A DNA stretch of 64,000 bases from Candidatus Marinacidobacterales bacterium (lineage in GTDB: Bacteria > Acidobacteriota > Vicinamibacteria > Marinacidobacterales > DATDRI01), in NCBI GenBank assembly GCA_965226495.1, contig OZ245365.1:672001-736000 (forward strand), in the 5' to 3' direction. How positions within the stretch are numbered: position 1 is the first letter of the stretch; each line of letters opens with the position of its first letter. The notes under the pieces were generated by a model. The model was not told the origin of the DNA. It worked only from the letters and a program-made list of their open reading frames with translations, and made no database searches. The position numbers and the translations under genes are program-made. Below are positions 1-8,961 of this stretch, one piece after another.

Positions 1-1
1 C

Positions 2-1792
2 AAGGAGCTCCACGAAGCTCTGAGAGCCGTCCTCAACAAGCGAGCGATCCTGAACCTAGCGTGTGCCGACGACGCCCTGATCGTAAACGGCGCCAAGGTC
101 AATACCCACGACTACTCCGAACTCACCGAGAGCTTCCTCGCCTTCGTCGACGGGATGCAGCTCAACACTATCTCGTTCAGTGCCGAGCTATCCGAGCAAG
201 ATGTCGGGTCGTTCATCGATGCTCTTCGCCAGGTTAGTGCCCGTAGTGGCAGTGACAGCGCTTGGGATGAGCTCATCGACAAACACGAGCTGGCCCACGT
301 AAGCGTCAATCAGGCGAGCTACGAGCTCGCCTGGCGCCAAGCCGGCGATACCCAGGAGCCGGTCGCCGCGAGTGACGTCGTCGAGCTCGAAGAGAAGAAA
401 GCCCCGAACAAAATAGAGCATTCGATTGCGAATGCTCCTCACGAGCAGATCCAGAAAGATTTCCCGATCCTCGTTTGGAAGCTCCTGGAGGACCGCCAAT
501 CGGGCGCTTTTGCGCTTCTTATCAGTCGACTGCTTGAGGATTACGCGTCACGTCGCATCGAGCAAAGGGAGCTCACGATCAAGGCGGTCGCGAACGCGTT
601 CGAGCACGCGAATCTGGCAAATCGCAGCCACTTTGCACAAGCCGCTCTCCCTAGCCTGCTCGAGTGCCTGCGGTCGGAGCAAGACCCCAAGATCCTGCCG
701 AAGCTGGTTGCCGTCCTTAACCAGATGTCGATGGAGAGTGTCCAGCTCGGCGACTATCAGTTAGCCGGGTTGGTCGTGCAAGGGATTCGGGAGCGACGAA
801 AACGTCTGAGGGAGGAAGAGCCCGCGTTGGTCGGCGTTCTCGATAAACTGCTACACGTGGATGTCGATGTTCATGCCGGCTCGATCGTTCAGGAAGACCT
901 TTGTTCCGATGCGGTGAGCCGTCACCGACGGGCGGTGGAGTTTCTTGGGATTTTGGGTGAGCACGGCGTCCCAATCTCGATCGAGGCCATCAAGCAGGAG
1001 AAAAGCCTCCGGGTCCGCCAGTTAGCGGCACGAATGCTCGCGGACGTGGGGCCGGCCGGTGCGCGTGAACTGAAGCGAGCCCTTGCACTAGAGATCACAG
1101 TGGAGCAGAGGTTTCGCATTCTCGAGGTTATCGACCTCGTCACGCGGGATCTCAAGACGGAAATAACCTACAGCCTGGGAGACGCGAACCCCAAGATCCG
1201 TCGCGCCGCTTTTCGTCTCGCCGAGCGAATGAAGGACGACGAAATCATGGAAGTCGTAGCTCCGTTCGCTCATCGTGAGGACCTAGCGGTGGTCAAGGGT
1301 ACGATTCGCAGTTTGGCGCACATGGGATCGATCGCCGCTGCCAAGGCGGTCACAGCAATTCTCGATAAGACCGGGGATCCCGAGCTGGCGATTGTGTGTT
1401 GTCAGGCTCTCGGTCAAATCGGAGATCCCGCTTCGGTAAAGGCCCTGGTGAAGGCGCTTGGGCGGCGTCGCCGGCTGGGGCTGGCGCCATGGTGGCCACC
1501 GCAAGTGCGTGCGACCGCGGCATTGGCATTGGCACAGATACGTCATCCCTGGGCGAAGACTGCATTGACGAAGTTTGCGCGAGACCCGGAGGCTCAGGTG
1601 CGGCAGATAGCGACTTCGCAGCCGGCAGCTGCTGCGGCCGCGCCAGAATGGGGATCAGAACTGGAACGCTCCGCAGTCGCCCCGATGGAGTTGGAGCCAG
1701 AAGCTGCGGAGAGTAGCAAGGAAGAATTCGAAGAGGAGGGGGCGGAAGAAGCCCAACCTCAGGTGGTCACGAAGCTGCAAGCCGCTGATTAG
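2..1792 (+). CDS. HEAT/PBS-lyase repeat protein, 5'-truncated by the window edge
   Basis: Frame is open from position 2 (KELHEALRAVLNKRAILNL...) into the listed ORF 155..1792. Repeated HEAT-like helices (VRQLAARMLADVG, IRRAAFRLAERM, VRATAALALAQI, DPEAQVRQIA) and an acidic tail. Confidence 0.75.
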   Translation, partial: KELHEALRAVLNKRAILNLACADDALIVNGAKVNTHDYSELTESFLAFVDGMQLNTISFSAELSEQDVGSFIDALRQVSARSGSDSAWDELIDKHELAHVSVNQASYELAWRQAGDTQEPVAASDVVELEEKKAPNKIEHSIANAPHEQIQKDFPILVWKLLEDRQSGAFALLISRLLEDYASRRIEQRELTIKAVANAFEHANLANRSHFAQAALPSLLECLRSEQDPKILPKLVAVLNQMSMESVQLGDYQLAGLVVQGIRERRKRLREEEPALVGVLDKLLHVDVDVHAGSIVQEDLCSDAVSRHRRAVEFLGILGEHGVPISIEAIKQEKSLRVRQLAARMLADVGPAGARELKRALALEITVEQRFRILEVIDLVTRDLKTEITYSLGDANPKIRRAAFRLAERMKDDEIMEVVAPFAHREDLAVVKGTIRSLAHMGSIAAAKAVTAILDKTGDPELAIVCCQALGQIGDPASVKALVKALGRRRRLGLAPWWPPQVRATAALALAQIRHPWAKTALTKFARDPEAQVRQIATSQPAAAAAAPEWGSELERSAVAPMELEPEAAESSKEEFEEEGAEEAQPQVVTKLQAAD

Positions 1793-1798
1793 TGGCCT

Positions 1799-1826
1799 GT
1801 GAACAGTGAACAGAGAACCGAGAACC
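1799..1826. repeat. Short intergenic heptamer tandem repeat (GTGAACA x2, GAGAACC x2)
   Basis: Read directly between two convergent stop codons. Confidence 0.7.
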
Positions 1827-1828
1827 GA

Positions 1829-4744
1829 CTACTGACCGGGCCCGTCGTTTTCGGGCTCAGAGGACTCTTCGGAGAGCGTTTCTCTTCTCGCTATTCTCTC
1901 GTACCGGCTCCAGGTTTCCCGATCCAGCGGCTGATCGAGACTGAACTTGTAACGTTTGGGCTTACCCATTCCGAGAACGTCCGCTTCGTAGGTCTCGATA
2001 ATGACGTTCTTGGCATCCGTTCTCTCCATGACACGAATGGCAGAGAGTTCCCACTTCCATTCGTGGGCATCGGAGTTAAAACCGATCGAGCCGCCCTCCA
2101 GGCTCAGGGAGCCTATGCAGCTGCCAAAGCGGTGTCGGTGCCTCGCCTCGAAGGAAACGGGTAGCGTTTTTTTCCAAATCTCGTCGTCGACTTCGGTGAG
2201 CAATTCTGAGGCACCGGAGAACGTCGGGTTCCGTCGAAGTGCCTCTTCCAGCCTCGCCTTGCTCGTTTCGAAGTCTCCGCTTTCTCGTGCTAGCGTCGCT
2301 TCGTAGAAGAGCTGTGGCTCGCTGAGTGCGGCCGCCTCACGGCCAGTGCGTGGGGGAGCTTTCGTTTCGCCACGGGCTCGAGCGAGCAGCTCAGGAGCTC
2401 CGGCAAAGTTGGGGTTCCTGTCGAGCAGCTCCTCCAACTTGACCCTGCCGGTCTCGTTGTCTCCCCGCTCGAGCGCTTGTTTCGCCTCCCTATAGAGCTG
2501 TGCCTCGGTGCGGAAAACCGGGGGACTGGTCTCATCCGAGATTTCTACGTCCTCCCCGTGAACCATTTCGACCGTCTCTACTCCCCGCTCCGGGTCGCGT
2601 TCGGCCTTGGCCAGTAGGTCGGCGGCACCCGCAAACTCAGGGTCCCTTCGAAGCAGCTCCTCCAACTTGGCTTGGGCGTCCGCCGCGGCTCCGGATTCCA
2701 GGTCCTCGTTGGCCGCGAAGAAGAGCTCACTGTCATCCAGTTGCTCGTATGAAGTCGGCGCTTGGAGCTCCCCCTTCTGGACGGCGTCGTGAAGTTCGAT
2801 TTGCGATGCGGAGTCGCTAATTTGCGGCGGTGGCTCTTCGCCACGCATGCTCGAACGCGGAAGTACTAAGAAGGAGACGACGGCTGCCGCGATGACCGGT
2901 ACAGTTATCGCGGCGTAGAGAAGTCGCCTCGGCGTGGAGTTGGGCGCTTTGGGCTCGACCGGGGGCACGGCACTCTCGAGTGGTCGGGTACCTCCCGAAT
3001 CGTCCATCGCCGTCGCGTCGTAAAGGTCCATATCCGTGTGTACTCCACCGGCCGGACCCCGGGTCGGCGTTTGGGCAGTTTCCGCCGCCGCCCCGGTCCT
3101 CGCCAGGTTCGACATCGGGAGGCCCAACGCATGAGAGGCCAAAGCCTTTTTGACCTCTTCGGCACTGGCGAATCGATCCGCGGGATCCTTGGCTAGGCAG
3201 CGCAAGACGATCCCGCCGAGCGCGGGGGAAACGTTCGGATTGATGCTCTCTGGTGACGCCGGCTTCTCGGTGAGAATCGCTTGGGCGGCGGCGGCGAAAG
3301 AGTCACCGGTAAATGGGAGCTTGCGGGTAAGCAAACGGTAGATCACGACACCGAAGGCGAAGAGATCGGTCCGCTGATCGATGGTCCCTTTCGAAAGCTG
3401 TTCGGGTGCCATGTAATTCGGGCTTCCCAGACTGTGCTCGGTGGGCGTCAATTGAGTACCGACGACGTGGGCGATACCGAAATCCATGATTTTCGGGTGC
3501 AGGCCGGGGGTGACGAGGATGTTTGCTGGCTTGATGTCGCGATGAACGATTCCAAAGGAATGCGCGTAGCTCAGCGCATCGAGAATTTCGTGTGCAACCT
3601 GGACAGTTTCTTCTACCTCGAGCTCTCTTTCCTGCGTGAGGGCGGCGAGGGTGGGCCCCTCTGCATACTCCATGACGATGAACGGGCTTTCTTGGTCCGC
3701 GTGCCCCACATCGAAGACAGTCACGATGCCCGGGTGGATGAGCTTCCCGGCGGCTTTCGCTTCCCGGCGAAAACGGTTTCTGTATCGTTCCTGTTCCCGA
3801 GCGGTCAAGAATGTTGCCGCTTGGATCAGCTTGATGGCTACAACACGCTCGATCGCGGGATCCCTTGCCAGGAAAACCGCGCCCATGGAGCCACGTCCCA
3901 AAAGTTCCTGGACCTCGTACCTACCCAGCCGTTGAGGCAGATGGGTGGATGTGGCGGTTACGACGGCAGACTCGCTACCGTCTGCGGCTTCTTTGGCCGG
4001 CTCTGCGGTTGCTGGATTTTCGATGGCCAGTGCTCCCACCGAAACAAGGCTGCAAAGACAACGGAGAGTTTCGTCCGCATCCAAAGGAGAGATCCCGGCA
4101 AGGTCGAAAACGGTAGATGAGCCGTCCGCACGACTCTGTGCGAGATCGAGCACGACTCGCTCTTGAGCAGAGAGTGCATTCTCTTCAAGGGGAAGGGCCG
4201 CAACGTCCGGTTTGCTGATAACTCTCTTGAGATCACCGAGCAAGCTTTTGATCGTCTCCGGATCTTGAATACCCCTGGTGCCTTCCAGGATGACGTCGAC
4301 CGGGGAGAGGTTCATCGCCACGTCCTCAGCGACCGGATTCTCGAGCTCCTCGAAGCGGTACTTCCCGGATACCCAGCCGAATGACGAGTAGACAATGTGT
4401 TTCATGCGCCGGGCGCTCTGAGCCTCAATTTCTTGCGGCGACATGAACTCCATCTCAATGATGGTCTCCACGAGACTTTGCCCGGTCTTCTTCATGATCT
4501 GCCAGGCGAACTCGAGATCGCTACGTTTGATCTTTCCTTCGCGTACTAGAACCTCACCTAGGCGATCCTCATCATCGTCGGACCCGGCAAAGACGATTGA
4601 GCCTTTGTTGAAATAGATCCGCTTGGATACATTCTTGCTGGAAAGATAGAGAACGCCGCTTTTACCGCCAAGGTAGATGGCGCGGACGATTACCGATAAG
4701 GGGTCCTTGCCCAGGTTCCCGTAAAGAGAGAGGATTCGGCTCAT
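1829..4744 (-). CDS. Membrane Ser/Thr protein kinase: DUF4388-like N-terminal domain, Hanks kinase, TM helix, three TPR-like repeats, C-terminal PH-like beta domain
   Basis: Kinase motifs LGRGSMGAVF, VAIK, HRDIKPAN, DFG, YMAPE. N-terminus (KSGVLYL..KRIYFNKGSIVFA..SFGWVSGKYRF) is typical of DUF4388. TM LLYAAITVPVIAAAVVSFLVL. Start set to ATG 4744. Confidence 0.9.
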   Translation of the reverse strand: MSRILSLYGNLGKDPLSVIVRAIYLGGKSGVLYLSSKNVSKRIYFNKGSIVFAGSDDDEDRLGEVLVREGKIKRSDLEFAWQIMKKTGQSLVETIIEMEFMSPQEIEAQSARRMKHIVYSSFGWVSGKYRFEELENPVAEDVAMNLSPVDVILEGTRGIQDPETIKSLLGDLKRVISKPDVAALPLEENALSAQERVVLDLAQSRADGSSTVFDLAGISPLDADETLRCLCSLVSVGALAIENPATAEPAKEAADGSESAVVTATSTHLPQRLGRYEVQELLGRGSMGAVFLARDPAIERVVAIKLIQAATFLTAREQERYRNRFRREAKAAGKLIHPGIVTVFDVGHADQESPFIVMEYAEGPTLAALTQERELEVEETVQVAHEILDALSYAHSFGIVHRDIKPANILVTPGLHPKIMDFGIAHVVGTQLTPTEHSLGSPNYMAPEQLSKGTIDQRTDLFAFGVVIYRLLTRKLPFTGDSFAAAAQAILTEKPASPESINPNVSPALGGIVLRCLAKDPADRFASAEEVKKALASHALGLPMSNLARTGAAAETAQTPTRGPAGGVHTDMDLYDATAMDDSGGTRPLESAVPPVEPKAPNSTPRRLLYAAITVPVIAAAVVSFLVLPRSSMRGEEPPPQISDSASQIELHDAVQKGELQAPTSYEQLDDSELFFAANEDLESGAAADAQAKLEELLRRDPEFAGAADLLAKAERDPERGVETVEMVHGEDVEISDETSPPVFRTEAQLYREAKQALERGDNETGRVKLEELLDRNPNFAGAPELLARARGETKAPPRTGREAAALSEPQLFYEATLARESGDFETSKARLEEALRRNPTFSGASELLTEVDDEIWKKTLPVSFEARHRHRFGSCIGSLSLEGGSIGFNSDAHEWKWELSAIRVMERTDAKNVIIETYEADVLGMGKPKRYKFSLDQPLDRETWSRYERIARRETLSEESSEPENDGPGQ

Positions 4745-4771
4745 TCTATGGGGTGCCCACCAAGGCAAACT

Positions 4772-4978
4772 TCATAAGGTGACGACTTCTTTCCTCGACT
4801 TGTCTTTTTTGTTCTCGACCACGAGTTTGCCCCCGTCCTCCTGCGCGCGGACTACATAGTTGAGGAGATTCAGGGCTTTTCGCAAAACGTCGGCCTTCGA
4901 CTTGACGCCGAGGGCCTTGATCAGGCCTTGCAGGTCTCTCTCGGCTTCATCCGAAAAATCTATCGTAAATCTCGACAT
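4772..4978 (-). CDS. Ribbon-helix-helix (CopG-like) DNA-binding protein
   Basis: 68 aa with an N-terminal beta strand (RFTIDF) followed by two helices (SKADVLRKALNLL). AGGA RBS upstream. Confidence 0.7.
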   Translation of the reverse strand: MSRFTIDFSDEAERDLQGLIKALGVKSKADVLRKALNLLNYVVRAQEDGGKLVVENKKDKSRKEVVTL

Positions 4979-5074
4979 GTCCTACTCTTTGAGCTCCACT
5001 TCCGGCTGGACCTTGGATACCTCGATACAGGCTTTACATAAAAATGATGCTGGAACGACGCCATATCCATGCGT

Positions 5075-5090
5075 AGCAAACCCTGTGCCT
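5075..5090 (-). promoter_or_regulatory. sigma-54 (-24/-12) promoter for the RHH-kinase operon
   Basis: Minus strand reads AGGCAC-AGGGT-TTGCT, exact GG-N10-GC spacing, about 100 nt upstream of the RHH start. Confidence 0.65.
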
Positions 5091-5210
5091 AGATACGGGA
5101 CCGGGGGCGCCTGCGTAAGTCCAAACCGGGGAAAGACTTAATCGCGCTGGCGAGAGGGGAGACCCACGCGGTGTAGGGCAACCCCTACGAAGTCCCGAGA
5201 CCGGCGCCAC

Positions 5211-5258
5211 AAAAACAAAAAGGCTGCCGGAGCCCCTTGGTGGCGCCCCGACAGCCTT
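5211..5258 (-). terminator. Rho-independent terminator downstream of pilY1-like gene
   Basis: Minus-strand RNA AAGGCUGUCGGGGC-loop-GCUCCGGCAGCCUU followed by UUUGUUUUU. The G-U pairs only form on the minus strand. Confidence 0.8.
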
Positions 5259-5273
5259 GGACTTACCTGGTTC

Positions 5274-8200
5274 CTAGAACGGAGACAACCGGAATGCATC
5301 CACTAGAACTTGTATCGTTCCGGCAGAGACCATCGGCTGGGGAAATTCATCACTCCCGCGTACCTGGGTTTCCGACGCGCCGTTCAAACCTCCGCTCTTG
5401 CTCACGTAGAGATGCCCGTCGCGGTGGAATAGCCCGGTGATTTTTCCCTCACCGAGATCGGCACTGTCCTGCACGCCTGCCGTGCTGGGGTCGAGGTCGA
5501 AGGAACCTAACCCCGTCGAGACGCCGGCGGCGAACAACGTGCTGAAGAAGTTCGTCTCGCAGAGCACTGGATCCAGATCGGTACGGTGCGTGGCGAAGAA
5601 AACGACCCCGTTGGAAGGCGTATTCCTAGCCATCACCGGCGACACCGACATCCGTTCTTCGGCAGGTAGGTCGAAGAAGAACTCACCTCCGCTATCGAGG
5701 GGCGCCAGGGTGCCCTTGAAGGCCACGTCACTGGCTAAGATGGTGCCGGAGCTGTCGGTGTCTTCGATGCCCGCGATCTTGAAGCGTTCCGGGTCGACGA
5801 GATCCACTCGGCTGTCATCACCGGTTCCAACGAAGACGAGGATTCGGTCCGAGCCGGAGAGTTTCATGACCGCGGCTTGAGTGGCGATGGGCTGATTGTA
5901 GAAGCCTTGAGCCTCCGCTTGGTCGGCCTCGCTCGTTAACTCGAAGAAGACACCGAACTCCCAATTGTCCGGATCGGCGTCGGTGAGATCCAACTTGTGG
6001 ACCACGCCTTGTAAGTCGCCGATATAGGCGCGGGTCACGAAGTCCCTCCCGTCGGCGACTCCCGGGTCGTGCGGGTTGAGAAGAGCCGGTGTGGCGACCA
6101 GGGCATTTTGGTCGACCCCGGGTTCACCCGCACCGCCATCCACCTTGTCGGCGATCGGTCCCATCTTCTTGTAGATGGTTCCGTCCTCGAGCTTGAGAAC
6201 GTAGAAGTATCTCCCCTCGTCCGTTCCGTCGCAGCCGTAGCCGGAGCCTGCGAACATCACCCACTGACCCTCGGGGCTACCCGTGTTGACCCTTCCCAAC
6301 ATCGGGAGCGACCAAGTCTCGCCTAAGCCATCGTAGTTGTGGCCGGCGATGCCGGAGCCGTCGGGATCCGCGACTCCATCACGATTCCCTACTGTGAAGA
6401 GCAGGTCCGGCGCAGCGAATCCAGCAGGGATACTCGCTGGTCCCGGCGCCGGTGTCGTCCCATCCCAATCTCCGACATCCGTGATATCCAGGCCGGTCAG
6501 GAACTTGCCACCTATGCCGCGCCCGAAACCGAGCGTCGTGCGCCACTCCGGACTGCCGCTCGGAGCATCTTGGAGATAGGCGTCCTGGACGATCGCCGCG
6601 GATGCAATGAAGAACTCGTGGTTCAAGATGCCGTTCGCGCCCGCTACTAAGTTCTCGACCAGGTTCGGCAGCTTGGTGATGAGATCGTGAGGGACGTAGC
6701 CGTAGAGCTCATAGCCGTTGTCGGCCCGAAAGGCGTGCAGCATGCCCCCGTTGGCTCCCAGGTAAGCGACGGTCAGTCGATTGACTTGAGCGTCGTAGAA
6801 GGTCCCATATTCCACTGCCGGCTCCGGTGCGTCCGCGTCGGGCGACCGTGGCGGATTGAGCACCAGGGCGGCACCGGACCTCGTCGCATCGCGTAGCTTC
6901 CACGTTCGTGTAAAGCCATCGGTTTCGAACTGTGAGAAGTTCAGGGTGACTCCGTCTGACTTGTAGAATCCGTAGGTAACGTCTTGAACGAGACGCCAGC
7001 CCTGGATCACCTTCTCCACGATCTCGACCGCATCGTCGTCGGTCTTGGCTCCCACATTGATAGGGTCGTAGTTCTTCAGAAATCCGGCCGCGACGCCCAG
7101 ATCGCTCGCCGCCAGACTGATTGTTCCCATGACGGTACTCAACTGGCCGCGCGTTCCATTCGGGAGATCGTAGTAGATTCGCCTCGGGTCTGCGCCATCG
7201 CCGATATCGCGCGTCTGGAGCTCTTCGCCGGCGTCCCAGACCTCCGTGAAGTCGGGGATTCGGCTGTTGTCCGCTTGCACTTCGTAGATGTTGAAGGCTC
7301 GCAGATGCCCGTTGAATTCCGGGGTGTCGACCGACGTTGTGAGCAACACGTTGTTGCGGTGGACTGTTCTCAGGTTGCGCGCCTCGAGGTCGGCCCCGTT
7401 GGCGGCCACCAACTCGGAGGACGTTAGAGACGGGTTGGTGTGACTCGCTACGATTTCTTTTACCGTACCGACCACCGATCCTCCCGCGCTCACGGTGGCG
7501 CTGGGCACACCGATCTGGGCGAGCATGTTGGTCAAAGCGTCCACCAGCTTTTGCTCATCCGTCGCAAAGACCGCCGGTCGAGAGCAGCCGATCCCACCTT
7601 CGGGGCCGCACTCCGGCCGGCTCGTCCAACGGTCACCGGAGGCCTCCCAGGCCCAGTTGTTGGCGGCCTTCGTGGCCGTGTTGCTGTCGTCGAACACGTA
7701 GGCGATGAAGATATCTCCCTCGGAGCCGTCGAAATTAGGGTCGATCCGGGTCAGCGCATGCCGCGCCATGATGCCCGTGTTGTAGGTCTCTATGAAGCTG
7801 CCACCGAAGCTAGCCTTATTCTCGAAGACCGGGGCTCCCGGTGTGTCGTCCACTCTCAGCGTCTCAACATCCTCATCCGGCGACGCCACGTAACCGGGCT
7901 CACCGAGGGGCAGTTGAACGACGTTGTCCTCGCAAGCGCAATCTTCCGCACCGTCAGAAAGATAGATGATGATGTTCTTCTGTCCTGGCGGTCGCGAGGC
8001 TCCCATGTAGTTGTTGGCGATCATGTTGGCGATTTGGTCGAGCGAAGGCGCGTTCGCGGTGCCTCCGCCCTTTTTTATTCCACCTTGATTCTCCGGTCGG
8101 AGCATGTCCAGGATGTTCTGCATGTTGTCGTTGTTGCCGCAAGCTACGGGAAGGATCATATCGCCGAGCTCCAGACCTACACAGTTGTCTTGCCTGGAAC

Positions 8201-8633
8201 CCCCTGGCGGGTTCCCGAAGTCGAACGGGTTACCTTGGGCTGTTATCAGCGAGCCGTCGGGGTTGAACTGCTGCGGCACGGCGCACCCGGGGTCATCGTC
8301 CTCGACATCGCCGTCGTCTTGTTTAGCCGTATAGAAGAAGCCCCAGTTGACCCCCTCGCCCACTCCGTTGATCACGAGCTCCAAGGCGTCCTTGGCAACG
8401 TCCAAACGGCTTCTGCTGAACGGGTCTCCGTCGACCGTGTTGGACATCGAGCCCGAGTTGTCGATCCCGATGAAAACGTTGTGTTTGACCTCGATCTTGA
8501 GAATGTCGAGCGGATCGATGCCTCGTTCGATGAGGCATGATGCCGCGGTGGTCCGGCCGCTGTGGATCCAACTGAGCGATATCATGATCGCCAACACCAG
8601 CAACGCGACTCTCTTAAACGTTGTTTTCAGCAT
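5274..8633 (-). CDS. pilY1: PilY1/PilC-like type IV pilus tip adhesin (signal peptide, vWA domain, beta-propeller)
   Basis: MIDAS-like DNSGSM and YLSDG. PilC propeller motifs YLGANGGMLHAF, ELYGYVP, LGETWSLP, RAYIGDLQGVVHKLDL, VFVGTG. N-terminal signal peptide and RBS AAGGGGAAGG. Confidence 0.85.
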   Translation of the reverse strand: MLKTTFKRVALLVLAIMISLSWIHSGRTTAASCLIERGIDPLDILKIEVKHNVFIGIDNSGSMSNTVDGDPFSRSRLDVAKDALELVINGVGEGVNWGFFYTAKQDDGDVEDDDPGCAVPQQFNPDGSLITAQGNPFDFGNPPGGSRQDNCVGLELGDMILPVACGNNDNMQNILDMLRPENQGGIKKGGGTANAPSLDQIANMIANNYMGASRPPGQKNIIIYLSDGAEDCACEDNVVQLPLGEPGYVASPDEDVETLRVDDTPGAPVFENKASFGGSFIETYNTGIMARHALTRIDPNFDGSEGDIFIAYVFDDSNTATKAANNWAWEASGDRWTSRPECGPEGGIGCSRPAVFATDEQKLVDALTNMLAQIGVPSATVSAGGSVVGTVKEIVASHTNPSLTSSELVAANGADLEARNLRTVHRNNVLLTTSVDTPEFNGHLRAFNIYEVQADNSRIPDFTEVWDAGEELQTRDIGDGADPRRIYYDLPNGTRGQLSTVMGTISLAASDLGVAAGFLKNYDPINVGAKTDDDAVEIVEKVIQGWRLVQDVTYGFYKSDGVTLNFSQFETDGFTRTWKLRDATRSGAALVLNPPRSPDADAPEPAVEYGTFYDAQVNRLTVAYLGANGGMLHAFRADNGYELYGYVPHDLITKLPNLVENLVAGANGILNHEFFIASAAIVQDAYLQDAPSGSPEWRTTLGFGRGIGGKFLTGLDITDVGDWDGTTPAPGPASIPAGFAAPDLLFTVGNRDGVADPDGSGIAGHNYDGLGETWSLPMLGRVNTGSPEGQWVMFAGSGYGCDGTDEGRYFYVLKLEDGTIYKKMGPIADKVDGGAGEPGVDQNALVATPALLNPHDPGVADGRDFVTRAYIGDLQGVVHKLDLTDADPDNWEFGVFFELTSEADQAEAQGFYNQPIATQAAVMKLSGSDRILVFVGTGDDSRVDLVDPERFKIAGIEDTDSSGTILASDVAFKGTLAPLDSGGEFFFDLPAEERMSVSPVMARNTPSNGVVFFATHRTDLDPVLCETNFFSTLFAAGVSTGLGSFDLDPSTAGVQDSADLGEGKITGLFHRDGHLYVSKSGGLNGASETQVRGSDEFPQPMVSAGTIQVLVDAFRLSPF

Positions 8634-8716
8634 GACCTTCCCCTTCGGCGAATCGAAGACCCCCTCCGTAAACTGGAGGATCTTTAGTTTTTAGTTGTCG
8701 GGAACACCCCCAGTCA

Positions 8717-8734
8717 TTGCAAGCATCAAGCCAA
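8717..8734 (-). promoter_or_regulatory. sigma-54 (-24/-12) promoter for pilY1-like gene
   Basis: Minus strand TTGGCTTGATGCTTGCAA = GG-N10-GC, about 85 nt upstream of the ATG. An AT-rich IHF-like tract lies at ~8761-8786. Confidence 0.65.
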
Positions 8735-8961
8735 CGCTCGAGCAAGATGGAAAGATTGTCCAAGTAACTGAAAATAAAAGGGATATCTGGACCCAGTGCC
8801 GCCGGCGGGCGATCACACAGGGCGATCGAGTGTTACCGTCGGTAGCGCTTCAGAAGTGGTGTGAAACTGAGGTAATTTCCCTACATCTATAGGGCTCAAC
8901 GAGTTAGGGCAAGGAGGAGAATCGAGAGTAAGCTTATTAAGAGGTTGGAAGCCCTGGCGGG

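Noticed and set aside
4772-4978. RHH protein as the antitoxin of a toxin-antitoxin pair
   Set aside because: No adjacent toxin-like ORF. The neighbour is a large receptor kinase.
5070-5140. GCAAACC...GGGAC resembling a c-di-GMP-I riboswitch
   Set aside because: No GNRA tetraloop or P2 architecture and no downstream plus-strand gene. The sequence is better explained as the reverse complement of a sigma-54 promoter.
5172-5189. GTAGGG..CCCCTAC as a GTAG-family REP element
   Set aside because: No further full copies or RAYT transposase in the window, and its position fits an enhancer site better. Not fully excluded.
7440-8540. Long antisense ORFs (also 3281..4120, 27228..28649, 32686..33660 and many shorter ones)
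   Set aside because: Shadow frames of well-supported genes in high-GC DNA, with no recognisable motifs.
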